This document shows, in pieces, positions 11,506-23,920 of a stretch of DNA of 64,000 nucleotides (its first letter is position 1; each line of letters begins with the position of its first letter). The translations under genes and the position numbers were made by a program. The stretch is taken from contig CM059425.1 of NCBI GenBank assembly GCA_030390025.1, positions 169,882,001 to 169,946,000 of the forward strand. Reading direction: 5' to 3'. Source of the stretch: Squalus acanthias (lineage: Eukaryota). The notes beneath the pieces were generated by a model. The model did no database searches and had not been told where the DNA came from. It worked only from the letters and a program-made list of their open reading frames with translations.

Positions 11506-14340
11506 GGCCTAGAAATGCATTCTCAGCCAAAGAGGAGCACGCAGAGGGCACACTGCATGTGCCTGTTGGTGTTGTTCCAGGCACAACTTAATATTCGTGC
11601 TGCCTGCTCATTATCATGACTCCGGTGTTCAGCCAGCACTACCCGCACTATTTCATTGGCTGCATGCCTGTTTGGGAGGCCAGATAGCCACAACCGACTG
11701 GCCAGACACCACTTAAAGGCAGCCGGCATCTCTTAAAGAGGAGATGCACTCTGGCTGCAGACAACAGGGAAAGTTTCTAAAGAGAGAAATGGTTGCAGCA
11801 AGCCCTGAGAGGGCACCAAGGTTCTCTGATGCTGCCTTAGAGGCCCTGGTGCAGGAAGTGAATGGGAGAAGGATGGGAAAAGGCTGCAAAGGAGGTCAAT
11901 GTCACGAGCTTAGCTTCAAGGACAATGTTGCAATGTCGCAAAAAGTTAAATCATAGAATCATAGAAACTTACAGCACAATAGGAGGCCATTCAGCCTGTC
12001 GTGCCGGTGCTGGCTCTTTGAAAGAGCTGTCCAATTTAGTCCCACACCGCAGCTTTTTCCCAATAACCCTGCAAATTAGTTCTCTTAAAGTACATGTCCA
12101 ATTGCCTTTTGAAAGTTCCTATGGAACCCGATCCCACCACCTTTTCAGGTCGTGCATTCCAGATCTTAACAGCCCTCTGTGTGAAACATTTCTCCTCATT
12201 TCCCCTCTAGTTCTTTTGCCAATTATTTTAAATCTATGACCTCTGGTTGCCGACCCACTTGCCAGAGGAAACAGATTTTCCCTACTTGCTCTATCAAAAC
12301 CCCTCATAATTTTGAATGTCTCTATTAGGTCTCCCCTTAACCTTCTCTGCTGTAAGGAGAACAATCCCACCTTGTCCAATCTGTCCTCATAACTGAAGTC
12401 CCTCAGCCCTGGTATCATCCTGGTAAACCTCTTCTGTCCCCTCTCCAAGGTCTTGACATCCTTCCTAAAGTGTGATGCTCAGAATTGTACACAATACTCC
12501 AGCTGAGGTCTAACCTGTGATTTGTAAAGGTTTAGCATGACTTCCTTGTTTTTGTATTCAATGCCCCTATTTACAAAGGTAAGTATCCCATGCGCTTTCT
12601 TAACCGCTTTAACAACTTGCCCTGCCACCTTCAAAGATTTGTGAATATGCACCCCCAGGTCCCACTGCTCTTGCACCCCCTCAAGATAATACCATTTAGA
12701 TTATACTGCCTCTCCATGTTGTTACTCCCAAAGTGCATCACTTCACACTTATCCGCATTAAATTGCATCTGACACGTGTCTGCCCATTTTACCAGTTTGT
12801 CTATGTACTCCTGAAGTCTGCTACTATCATGCTCACTATTTACTCCATTGCCAAGTTTTGTATCATCCACAAACTTCAAAATTATACTGCCTATACCCAA
12901 GTCCAGGTCATTTATACATAATAAGAAAAGCAATGGTCGTAATACCGAACCTTGGGGGACCCAACTCCATACTTCTCTCCAATCAGAAAAACATCCATTC
13001 GCCACTACTCTCTGCCTCCTATCCCTTGGCCAATTATGTACCCAAGTTACCAATACATGACCTCACCAGAGTTGTCAAGGTAAGAATACTGTTCTCTTAC
13101 TCTCTGCTCATACCTCTGTCACCACCAGTGTGAGCAGGAGCAGAGTCAAGGATGGGGTGACTGGCAATGCTGGAGGAGACATTGCACAGGGTTTCTTCAC
13201 ACCTTATCCTCTTTTCCTCTTCTTACTTCTATCTCATCCTACACACTCTGCATGACAAACTACAGATGATTTCACCAGACACTTCTTCCTCTCTGCTCTC
13301 CCTATACACTAAAAGCTAATCCATCTCCCTCTCTTTCACTTCAGGTGCTGAAAATGTGGACACCCCTCTTCCAGCGGAAGAAGAGGAGGCCAGCCTTCCT
13401 GAAGATGCTGCATCAATTGATCTCACCCTTGCAAGCACCAACTCAGATACTGGCACCTCACATACATTAGAGGCTAGGCTAGAGGAGGTGTCTTCACATA
13501 GTGAATCACCGACCACAAATGTGCAAGAGCTAGGGCAAAGTGATAGGACATCACAGATGCCAGCTTGCTGGAGGGCAAGATTGTATACTAGGTCTGCTGC
13601 AGAGGACTCAGATGCTGACTTTGAATACCCAGCTTACCGAAGAAGGCTGATGAGCAGATATCAGGAAATGCTAGGTGCACTGGGCAGCCTGCCAGTGTGT
13701 TGATGCACAATGTTGCAGAGTATGGAGGAGTCCAGCTCAAACTTATGCCAAAGCTTTACGCAGAGCATGGAGACCATTCTGTCCAACATGACCATGGCAG
13801 TCAGCTCCATCAACCTGACAGTGGCGCCCACCATCATGGAACCTCTCCAGACAGCTGTCACATTTGCCATGGAAGCTCAGACCGCTGCTATCTTGGCTTT
13901 GGGGGCCACTGTTGTCAGGGGCTTCCAGAGCATCATGTCACTCCGGCACTTTGCTCTTGCACAGACGCAGGAGTGCTGAAATCGCAGTCCCAGGAGAGTG
14001 GCCTTGGTTCTATTTGAGACGTACCTACTGTCCTCTCTCAGGGTGACAGCATAGCTACACCCTGCCACTCACTCCACCAGTGCCCTTGTTAGTGCTACAC
14101 AGCCAGCTGGACCAGACTGCCCAGCCCATGCAGAGGTGCTGTAGTCTGCAGCCGGACCCTCAAGTCCCACAGCTGCTAAAGGTCACTCGCCACGGCCATC
14201 TGAAGTGTCCTCAATGGAAGCTCAACAGTCTTCCACCTCTGAAGCTGTAGCCACAGGGCAAACACTTTGTAGGAGCACGAGGATAGGGCAATGAGCACAT
14301 AATACAGTCACTAAGTGCTTGCACAAAGGGGATTCATAAT
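11506..14340 (+). mobile_element. Degraded Harbinger element: Myb-side end and Myb/SANT pseudogene, split by a CR1 insertion
   Basis: Terminus GGCCTAGAAAT at 11506. From ATG 11789: RAPRFSDAALEALVQEV...CRKKLN, then the CR1, then DLTRVVK and donor GTAAGA at 13080. The last exon from 13345 is homologous to 27203-28352. Confidence 0.8.
11952..13058 (-). mobile_element. 5'-truncated CR1 LINE (RT C-terminus and 3' tail)
   Basis: VPQGSVL, FVDDTKLG and [10 protein letters not shown] motifs, with catagaat tail repeats at 11952. It interrupts the Myb exon between N and D codons. Confidence 0.9.
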
Positions 14341-14699
14341 TATTTCTGTTCACTGTTAGATAGAGATGGAAATGAGCTGTTTGTTTTGGATTTGGTGTTT
14401 CTTACATGATTATATCTGAAATATATTTACATTTGTTTTGCTAAACGTTTGTCCAAATAACTAGCTGTGAGCTTCAGAAGACCCAGCACTCAAATGATTC
14501 GCCACAGAGAGCCTCTCTGGATTTGGAAGCCCATTAAAAACAGAAGAAATGCATGTTCCCCAGCCTGATGTTAGGTTAGGATCCTTTTTAACCTACCCGT
14601 AACTGTGAAAATGTTGGGTAGCAACAATATTGATTATAGCACTACAATTCTGATTTTGCCTGAGGGAACATCATTGGTCATGTGATGTCCTACCAATTG

Positions 14700-14822
14700 G
14701 AATACTTACCCATTATCCCTACTCTCTATTTCCTACCTCCTAACTAAATCTCTACCGATGTCAATAGGTTGCCTCCAATTCCATGCACTTTCATTTTTGC
14801 TAACAATCTCTTTTGTGGAACT
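14700..14822 (-). mobile_element. Old CR1 RT fragment, left part (continues at 19502-19650)
   Basis: ttttgtggaact joined to ttattgaatgtcttttagaagtcca at 19502 rebuilds the reverse complement of a DFxKxFxKVP RT motif. Confidence 0.65.
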
Positions 14823-15426
14823 CTCAAACAGATATACCACTTTGGATACTGTTGTTGGGGATGACTTATCAGGGGAAGGCAGCAGCAGCCAACTTCCTGG
14901 CACCATGGGTGGCTCTGCTGCACAGGCTGGGAGGAAAAAGAGTGGTAGAGCTATAGTGATAGGGGACTCAATTGTAAGGGGAATAGATAGGCGTTTCTGC
15001 AGCCGCAACCGAGACTCCAGGATGGTGTGTTGCCTCCCTGGTGCAAGGGTCAAGGACGTCTCGGAGTGGCTACAGAACATTTTGGAGGGGGAGGGCGAAC
15101 AGCCAGCTGTCGTGGTGCACATAGGCACCAACGATATAGGTAAAAAAGGGGATGAGGTCCTCAAAGCAGAATATAGGGAGTTAGGAGGTAAATTAAAAAA
15201 TAGGACCTCAAAGGTAGTAGTCAGAGTAGAAATAGGAGGATATTTCAAATGAATACGTGGCTAGAGGAATGGTGCAAGGGGGAGGGATTCAAATTCCTGG
15301 GACGTTGGAACCGGTTCTGGGGGAGGTGGGACCAGTACAAACCGGATGGTCTGCACCTGGGCAGGGCCGGGACCGCTGTCCTAGGGGGAGTGTTTGCTAG
15401 TGCTGTTGGGGAGGGTTTAAACTAAA
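14821..15426 (+). pseudogene. CR1 ORF1, SGNH/GDSL esterase-like domain, 5'-truncated and frameshifted
   Basis: RAIVIGDSIVRG, CCLPGARVKDV and VVVHIGTNDIG motifs. The downstream DGLHL block is in another frame. Confidence 0.85.
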
Positions 15427-17862
15427 GTTTGGGCACCTGAGCAGGGAGACAGAGGAAAGCGTGTCAGGAAGGGTCAGAAGGTATGGAGTAAAAGGTAAAG
15501 TGTTAAAAAAGGAAAAAGCAGGAACGAAGTGTCACAAAACATATTTGAAAATTCTTTATCTGAATGCACGTAGCATTCGTAACAAAATGGATGAGTTAAC
15601 GGCACAAATAACTACGTATGGGTATGATCTTGTGGCCATTACAGAAACATGGCTGCAGGGTGACAACGACTGGGAATTAAATATGCCAGGGTATTTAACA
15701 ATCAGGAAGGACAGGCAGGAAGGAAGGGGAGGTGGGGTGGCTATGTTAATAAAGGAAGGAATCACTGTAATACAGAGAAATGATATTGGGTCAAAGGATC
15801 AGGATAATGAAACAGTTTGGGTGGAGATAAGGAATAATAAGGGGAAAAAAACACTAGTGGGAGTAGTATATAGGCCTCCTAATAGTTGCAACTCTGCTGG
15901 AAGAAGTATTAATCAGGAAATAGTAGGGGCATGTAATAAGGGAACAGCTATAATTATGGGGGATTTTAACTACCATATTAACTGGACAAATCAAATTGGG
16001 CAGGGCAGCCTTGAGGAAGAGTTTATTGAGTGTATTAGGGATGGATTTCTTGAGCAGTATGTAACTGAACCTACAAGGGGGCAAGCAACCTTGGACCTGG
16101 TCCTGTGTAATGAGTCAGGATTAATTAATAATGTCCTAGTTAAGGATCCCCTTGGAATGAGTGACCATAACATGGCTGAATTCCATATCCAATTAGAGGG
16201 TGAGAAGGTTGGTTCTCAAACAAGCATACTGAGCTTGAATAAAGGAGACTATGATGGTATGAGAGCGGAATTGATTAAAGTGGACTGGGAAAATAGATTA
16301 AAGGGTAAGACGGTACATGAGCAGTGGTGTTCATTTAAGGAGTTATTTTACAACTTTCAAAAGAAATATGTTCCACTGAGGAAAAAAGGATGTAAAAGAA
16401 ATGACAGCCAGCCATGGCTAAGTAAAGAAATTAAGGATAGTATCCGACTAAAAACAAGGACATATAAGGTAGCCAAACTTAGTGGGAGGATAGAAGATTG
16501 GGAAGTCTTCAAAAGACAGCAAAAAGTAACTAAAGGATTGATTAAGAAAGGGAAGATAGATTATGAAAATAAATTAGCAAAAAATATAAAAACAGATAGC
16601 AAGAGTTTCTATAGTTATATAAAAAGAAAAAGGGTGGCTAAGGCAAACGTAGGTCCCTTAGAGGATGAGACCGGGAAATTAATGGTGGGAAACATGGAGA
16701 TGGCAAAAATGCTGAACAAATATTTTGTTTCAGTCTTTACGGTAGAGGACACTAAGAATATCCCAACACTGGACAAACAGGGGGCTCGGGGGGGGCGGGG
16801 AGGAGCTAAATACGATTAAAATCACTAAGGAATTGGTACTCAGTAAAATAATGGGACTCAAGGTGGATAAATCCCCCTGGACCTGATGGCTTACATCCTA
16901 GGGTCTTGAGGGAAGTGGCAGTAGGGATTGTGGTAATAATTTTCCAAAATTCCCTGGACTCAGCAAAGGTCCCGGCAGATTGGAAAACTGCTAATGTAAC
17001 ACCCTTATTTAAAAAGGGTAGTAGGCAGAAGGCTGGAAATTATAGACCAGTTAGCCTAACATCTGTGGTGGGTAAAATTTTGGAGTCTATTATTAAGGAG
17101 ACAGTAACGGAACATTTAGATAAACATAATTTAATAGGACAAAGTCAGCATGGCTTTATGAAGGGGAAGTCATGTCTGACAAATTTGCTTGAGTTCTTTG
17201 AGAACATAATGTACAGGGTGGATAAAGGGGAACCAGTGGACGTAGTGTATTTAGACTTCCAGAAGGCATTCGACAAGGTGCCACATAAAAGATTATTGCT
17301 CAAGATAAAAAATCACTGGATTGGGGGTAATATTCTGGCATGGGTAGAGGATTGGTTATCTAACAAGAAGCAGAGAGTTGGGATAAATGGTTCATTCTCG
17401 GACTGGCAACCAGTAGCCAGTGGTGTTCCGCAGGGGTCGGTGCTGGGTCCCCAACTCTTTACAATCTATATTAACGATTTGGAGGAGGGGACCGAGTGTA
17501 ACATATCAAAGTTTGCAGATGATACAAAGATGGGAGGGAAAGTAGAAAGTGAGGAGGACATAAAAAACCTACAAGGGGATATAGACAGGCTGGGTGAGTG
17601 GGCGGAGATTTGGCAGATGCAATACAATATTGGAAAATGTGAGGTTATGCACTTTGGCAGGAAAAATCAGAGAGCAAGTCATTATCTTAATGGCGAGAAA
17701 CTGGAAAGTACTGCAGTACAAAGGGATCTGGGGGTCCTAGTGCAAGAAAATCAAAAAGTTAGTATGCAGGTGCAGCAGGTGATCAAGAAGGCCAACGGAA
17801 TGTTGGCTTTTATTGCTAGGGGGATAGATAATAAAAACAGGGAGGTATTGCTGCAGTTATAT

Positions 17863-18805
17863 AAAAATGAGAAGTCGCACAACACCAGGTTATAGTCCAA
17901 CAGATTTATTTAAAATTACAAGCTATCGGAGCTATCGATCGCCCCTTCTTCAGGTAAAGTTACTATGAGTGAATCTACAAAAGTTCACAGAATTTAAACA
18001 CAGAAAAAGCAGAGATACAATCTTTCCTTACATCAAAGACACACCAAGAGCACAGCCAAGACAATGAGATGTGTCCCAGGGGGTCCAACGTGTCAAATCC
18101 TGCTGTCTGCATATCCTCTCCATGTCCCTTCCTCTCTCTCCGTCCTTTTTGGGTTTGTATTTTGGGTCTGTTTTTTTGTGTTTGTTTTTTAAAAACTGGA
18201 AAGACAGACAACGATGTCAAGTCACGTTCTGTAGCATGACATGAACCCGATATCCCTATTGAGGCTGTCCTCATGAGTGCGGAACTTGGCTATCAGTTTC
18301 TGCTCGATGATTTTGCGAAATCATCGAGCAGAAACTGATAGCCAAGTTCCGCACTCATGAGGATGGCCTCAATAGGGATATCGGGTTCATGTCACGCTAC
18401 AGAACGTGACTTGACATCGTTGTCTGTCTTTCCAGTTTTTAAAAAACAAACACAAAAAAACAGACCCAAAATACAAACCCAAAAAGGACGGAGAGAGAGG
18501 AAGGGACATGGAGAGGATATGCAGACAGCAGGATTTGACACGTTGGACCCCCTGGGACACATCTCATTGTCTTGGCTGTGCTCTTGGTGTGTCTTTGATG
18601 TAAGGAAAGATTGTATCTCTGCTTTTTCTGTGTTTAAATTCTGTGAACTTTTGTAGATTCACTCATAGTAACTTTACCTGAAGAAGGGGCGATCGATAGC
18701 TCCGATAGCTTGTAATTTTAAATAAATCTGTTGGACTATAACCTGGTGTTGTGCGACTTTTCATTTTTGTCCACCCCAGTCCAACGCCGGCATCTCCGCA
18801 TCATG
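17863..18805. mobile_element. Penelope-like element, 5'-truncated, as an inverted duplication (palindrome) with 3' tail
   Basis: Arms 17863-18313 and 18318-18768 are reverse complements with 4 mismatches and a TGCG spacer. Unpaired tail 18769-18805. TSD GCAGTTATATAA at 17853-17864 and 18806-18817. Each arm encodes IIEQKLIAKFRTHED(G/S)LNRDIGFMS, resembling a GIY-YIG endonuclease C-terminus. Confidence 0.88.
18678..18707 (+). ncRNA. Degenerate hammerhead-ribozyme-like core in the pLTR (mirror copy at 17924-17953, minus)
   Basis: CUGAAGA-A-GGGGC(GAUCGAUA)GCUCC-GAUA; the GAAA box reads GAUA. Confidence 0.4.
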
Positions 18806-19501
18806 GCAGTTATATAAGGTATTGGTGAGACCGCACCTGGAATACTGCATACAGTTTTGGTGTCCATACTTAAGAAAAGACATACTTGCTCTTGAGGCAG
18901 TACAAAGAAGGTTCACTCGGTTAATCCCGGGGATGAGGGGGTGGACATATGAGGAGAGGTTGAGTAGATTGGGACTCTACTCATTGGAGTTCAGAAGAAT
19001 GAGAGGCGATCTTATTGAAACATATAAGATTGTGAAGGGGCTTGATCGGGTGGATGCGGTAAGGATGTTCCCAAGGATGGGTGAAACTAGAACTAGGGGG
19101 CATAATCTTAGAATAAGGGGCTGCTCTTTCAAAACTGAGATGAGGAGAAACTTCTTCACTCAGAGGGTAGTAGGTCTGTGGAATTTGCTGCCCCAGGAAG
19201 CTATGGAAGCTACATCATTAAATAAATTTAAAACAGAAATAGATAGTTTCCTAGAAGTAAAGGGAATTAGGGGTTATGGGGAGCGGGCAGGAAATTGGAC
19301 ATGAGGCTGAGTTCGGATCGGTCAAGGCCCTGTGGGTGGCGGAGCGGGCCCAGGGGCTGAGTGGCCGGGTCCTGCTCCTACTTCTTGTGTTCTTTAGATT
19401 TGAGGTTAGGATCAGATCAGCCATGATCTTATTGAATGGTGGAGCAGGCTCGAGGGGCCGATTGGCCTACTCCTGCTCCTATTTCTTATGTTCTTATGTT
19501 C

Positions 19502-19650
19502 TTATTGAATGTCTTTTAGAAGTCCATATAAATAACATCCATGGACATTCCCTTATCTACCATGTTAGTGACCTCCTCAAAAGATTTACCAAGGTTAGTT
19601 AGACATGATTTACCCTTTACAAATCCATTCTGGCTCCCTCTGATCAGTTG
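19502..19650 (-). mobile_element. Old CR1 RT fragment, right part
   Basis: Reverse complement of a QxGFVKGKSCLTNL...DKGMSMDVIYMDF-like block. Confidence 0.7.
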
Positions 19651-20269
19651 ATATTTGTCTAAGTGATCAATTGAAGTTAATGGAAAACAAAGTCAGGCAT
19701 AGTGTAAAACGAGTACTCAATTTGCTACGAGTACATTTTGCACTATTGGCGTAGGCCAATTTCACCCTCACTAAGTTTTAAATCCCGGATTCGTATATTG
19801 GTATTGTCAGTTTTCCTCTTTATTCTAATACATGCCACCCTAGAAAACTCACAAAAACTGACAGCTTCGAAAAGCTGTCAATTCAAAAAACAACCGACAA
19901 CTGAAGTATAGCCAGGAATCTAGGCCTATGACAAGGACCATTGCTTTAGAGTTCTTTAGAATTTTTGTGCTGTACATTTTATGTAATATATGTAATATAT
20001 GAATAAGTTAAATACTGTTTATATTACATAGTAATATAGTAACAGTTTCAGGCAGAATGGGATTTCTGAATTTTTACCACAGTTTTGGAGATCATATTTT
20101 GCAATTCAGACTGTTTTCTGTGAAAACCGAAACGCAAAGACCATAGCAAACCTTAGAAAAGGAATGGTTATGTTAAAAGTGTAGTAGAACGTTAGCTTTT
20201 TGTAAATTAAACTGTAGGCAGACTTAGTGAGATAAAATGTGCAAGCCCATGTGCCGTTGGTGGTGCCTC

Positions 20270-20570
20270 GTTTGTCCAGTCCATATCAGAAAATCATAAG
20301 GACATACCCTGTGATTCTCCACTTTCTTCAAATAGGCCACATGAGGTACAAGATTGAAACCCTTTCTAAAATCAATGAAAGCAATTGAAATGGGTTGCTC
20401 CTGAGCCTCACCGTGTTCCAAAATGTCACATAAAGCCACAACCTTGTCTATGCACTCCTCTTAAGAGCAAAATGCAGCCTGTTCTTTACTCTGCAGGTCT
20501 CTAAAGTATCTAATTTATCTCTCACAACAACCCAAAGAGCTACTGATATGAGCAAGATTTACCGGTAGTC
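20270..20570 (-). mobile_element. Old non-LTR RT fragment, probably RTE clade
   Basis: EQPISIAFIDFRKGFNLVPH resembles the RTE-type PLxxAFIDFxKAFDxVxH motif. Confidence 0.55.
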
Positions 20571-20714
20571 TTCAGGCTCACTGACGTACTCCTTCTTGGA
20601 GCTTCATGCTAATGCTGACAGTTAGCATGTATACATCACCGCCCTAGTTGTACATCTTACACCACACTGTCCAGTATATTTTACATTAATCCTTCAGCAT
20701 ATCACCACTTGATA

Positions 20715-21970
20715 CATAGGATCATAGAATCATAGAAATTTACGGCACAGAAGGAGGCCATTCGGCCCATCGTGTCTGTGCCGGCTGAAAAAGAGCTATC
20801 CAGCCTAATCCCATTTTCCAGCTCTTGGTTCATAGCCTTGTAGGTTACGGCACTTCAAGTGCACAGCCAAGCACTTTTTAAATACGATGAGGGTTTCTGC
20901 CTCTACCACTCTTTCAAGTTCAAGACCCCCACCACCACCTGGGTGAAAAAAGTTCTCCTCAACTCCCCTCTAATCCTTCGATCAATTACTTTAGATCTAT
21001 GCCCCCTGGTAATTGACCTCTCTGCTAAGGGAAATAGGTCCTTCCTATCCACTATATCTAGGCCCCTCATAATTTTATACACCTCAATCAAGTTTCCGCT
21101 CAGCCTCCTCTGTTCCAAAGAAAACAACCCCAGCCTATCCAATCTTTTCTCATAGTAAAGTTCTCCAGTCCTGGCAACATCCTCGTAAATCACCTCTGTA
21201 CCCTCTCTAGTACAATCACATCGTTCCTGTAATGTGGTGACCAGAACTGTATGCAGTACTCTAGCTGTGACCTAACTAGTGTTTTATACAGTTCAAGAAT
21301 AACCTCCCCGCTCTTATATTCTATGCCACAGCCAATAAAGTCAAGTATCCTGTATGCCTTCTTAACCACCTTATTTACCTGTCCTGCTACCTTCAGGGAT
21401 CTGTGGACATGCACTCCAAGGTCCCTCTGTTCCTCTATACTTCTCAGGATCTTACCACTTATTGTGTATTCCCTTGACTTGTTAGCCCTCCTCAAATGCA
21501 TTACCCAACACTTCTTCGGATTGAATTCCATTTGCCACTTTTCTGCCCACCTGACCAGTCCATTGATATCTTCCTGTAGTCTACAGCTTTCTTCCTCACT
21601 ATCAACGACATGGCCAACTTTTGTATCATCTGCCAACTTCTTAATCATGCCCCCTACATTGAAGTCTAAATCATTGATATATACCACAAAAAGCAAGGGT
21701 AGCACCTAGTAGTGAGCCCTGTGAAACCTCACTGGAAACAGCCTTCAGGTCACAAAAACATCCGTCGACCATTACCCTTTACTTCCTGCCACTGAGTCAA
21801 TTTTGGATCCAACTTGTCACTTTTCCTTGGATCCCATGGGCTTTTACTTTTCTGACCAGTCTGCCATGTGGGACCTTGTCAAAAGCCCTGCTAAAATCCA
21901 TGTAGACTACATCAAACACACTACCCTCAATGACCCTCCTTGTTACCTCCTCAAAAAATTAAATCAAGAT
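20715..21970 (-). mobile_element. 5'-truncated CR1 LINE
   Basis: LFVVYINDLD, LADDTKVG and LEYCIQFWSPHY motifs; catagaat tail repeats. Confidence 0.9.
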
Positions 21971-22292
21971 ACATTTCATATCTCATATATCTCCCCAGTA
22001 CAATCTATCTGATCAGTCTCAACAGTACATCATCCCCCAAAGATTTGAAGTACTTGCACACCACTGGGTATCCTTTGATCACAAGTCAGCACAGGACTCA
22101 TTGTGATCATGCTTCGATATACAGATGAACTAAAGATAATTGGGGAGCATTCTGGGGAGACTAGCAAAAACAGCACTGGAGGCACTGATTTTTGTTGATA
22201 AATGCTGACATGAAGACACAATGCTGCAAATACTGACTAACGTACATGTCAATTGGCAGGTAGATTGGTCTGTATTTTAAAATAAAGTACCA

Positions 22293-22671
22293 TGTCAGCC
22301 TTGGCTCAGTGGTAGGTAGCACTGTTTCCATGGAGTTAGAAGGTTGTGGGTTCAATCCCCACTCCAGAGACTTGAGTACATAATCTAAGCTGACACGTCA
22401 GTGTTGTATGTACTCTTGGAGGTGCTGTCTTTCAGATGAGGTACTAAACCGGCCCTGTCTGTCTGCTCAGGTGGATGTAAAAGATCTCATGGCAACATTT
22501 ATCCCTTAACCAGCATCACTAAATCAGATTTTTACTGATTGTGGGAACTTTCAGTGTGCAGATTGGCTGCCTCGTTTGCAAACATTATAACATACACTTC
22601 AAAGGTCTGTAAAGTGTTTTGGGGTGTCCTGAAGTCGTGAAAGCTGCTATATAAATGTGAGCACTTTCTTT
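22293..22671 (+). mobile_element. tRNA-derived SINE with Deu-like central domain (SacSINE1-like), degraded
   Basis: A box TGGCTCAGTGG, B box GGTTCAATCCC, and block caggtggatgtaaaagatctcatggca. Aligns with 36631-37104. Confidence 0.8.
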
Positions 22672-23415
22672 GAGACAGCATGAAAACTGCTGTGTTCAAT
22701 CTGTCTGACTTTTGAAGCAACTGATGATATGAGATCAGTGAAATAGCAGGAGAAATCTTTATGATCAGCTACACTTCCTCTCGAAAACTGTCTGCGAGGT
22801 GCAGGAAATAGGCTGATTCAGAAAGCACACCAGGAGAGGCTGGGGGGAAATATTGCATTTTATTGATATTGAGCAGCCCAGGGAACAAAAGTAACCCCTT
22901 GGTTCACATAATAAAGTGAATAGTAGCCCTGAGGCAATGAATGCTGCGGATCTCCTGACCCCACAGGGCTGTCACATCAACAAGGTTTACTCCCCAAATA
23001 CAGAAGAGAACTGCAGGCTTATTTTGATGCTGTTGAGGGGTGCACGCCATGGCATACGGGGTTGTACGTTTGGGCTGCTTTCTAATTTAAAAGCTGTTCC
23101 TCTTCTATCCTGCTTGCATCAGATGTAGCAAGGTCACGTGGCACACTAGGGTATAACAATGAATTATGTCTGAATGCATGTAACTGTAGCTGCCCTGGGA
23201 GTGTTGTGCAGTGTTTTCTCAAGTACTCTATGGTATTCACTCTGGTATCAATAAACAAATTGGCTCTATTCATTATTGCTGCTTCCATCTCTGGCAATCA
23301 TTTGAACCTTGAGCTAACCTTGCCCACCTTCGTAATCTACACAGGCCTGAAGTTAACTGTATTACACATGCAATATGATATTGACATTCAGATTATCCAA
23401 GCCTACATTACATGT

Positions 23416-23920
23416 CATAGAAACATAGAACAGTACAGCACAGTACAGGCCCTTCGGCCCTCGATGTTGTGCCGAGCATTGTCCGAGACCAAGATCAAGC
23501 TATCACACTCCCTATCACTCTGGTGTGCTCCATGTGCTTATCCAATAACCGCTTGAAAGTTCCTAAAGTGTCCGACTCCACTATCACAGCAGGCAGTCCA
23601 TTCCACACCCCAACCACTCTCTGAGTAAAGAATCTACCTCGGACATCCCTTCTATATCTCCCCCCATGCACCTTATAGTTATGCCCCCTTGTAACAGCTG
23701 CCTCTACCCGAGGAAATAGTCTCTGAACATCCACTCTATCTATCCCCCTCATCATCTTATAAACCTCTATTAAGTCGCCTCTCATCCTCCTCCGCTCTAA
23801 AGAGAAAAGCCCCAACTCCCTCAATCTTTCCTCATAAGACCTCCCCCCCAAACCAGGCAGCATCCTGGTAAATCTCCTTTGCACTCTTTCCAATGCTTCC
23901 ACGTCCTTCCTATAGTGAGG
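23416..23920 (-). mobile_element. CR1 LINE 3' end
   Basis: ALERVQRRFTRMLPG...FFTQRVVGVWNGLP, followed by the 3' tail. Confidence 0.9.

Larger units (their letters stand above)
15461..19304 (+). pseudogene. CR1 ORF2, APE endonuclease and reverse transcriptase, disrupted
   Basis: YLNARSI, AITETWL, IMGDFN and SDH (endonuclease); YLDFQKAFDKVPH, SGVPQGSVLGP and KFADDTK (RT). Frameshifted near the G-run at ~16780-16880 and broken at 17864 by the palindromic insertion, resuming at 18818. Confidence 0.93.
14821..19505 (+). mobile_element. Near-full-length CR1 LINE (partial ORF1, ORF2, 3' UTR), interrupted by a Penelope-like insertion
   Basis: ORF1 SGNH-esterase-like motifs, APE endonuclease, RT, and a (ttcttatg)n tail at 19483-19505. 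Confidence 0.95.

Noticed and set aside
17975..18656. Two near-identical 99-aa ORFs on opposite strands as a duplicated gene
   Set aside because: They are by-products of the palindrome; the meaningful frame is the short GIY-YIG-like C-terminus.
17863..18768. Palindrome as a DNA transposon with long TIRs or an assembly artefact
   Set aside because: The asymmetric tail, retroelement-like peptide, independent arm mutations and single-arm relatives at 27898 and 31827 favour a Penelope-like origin.
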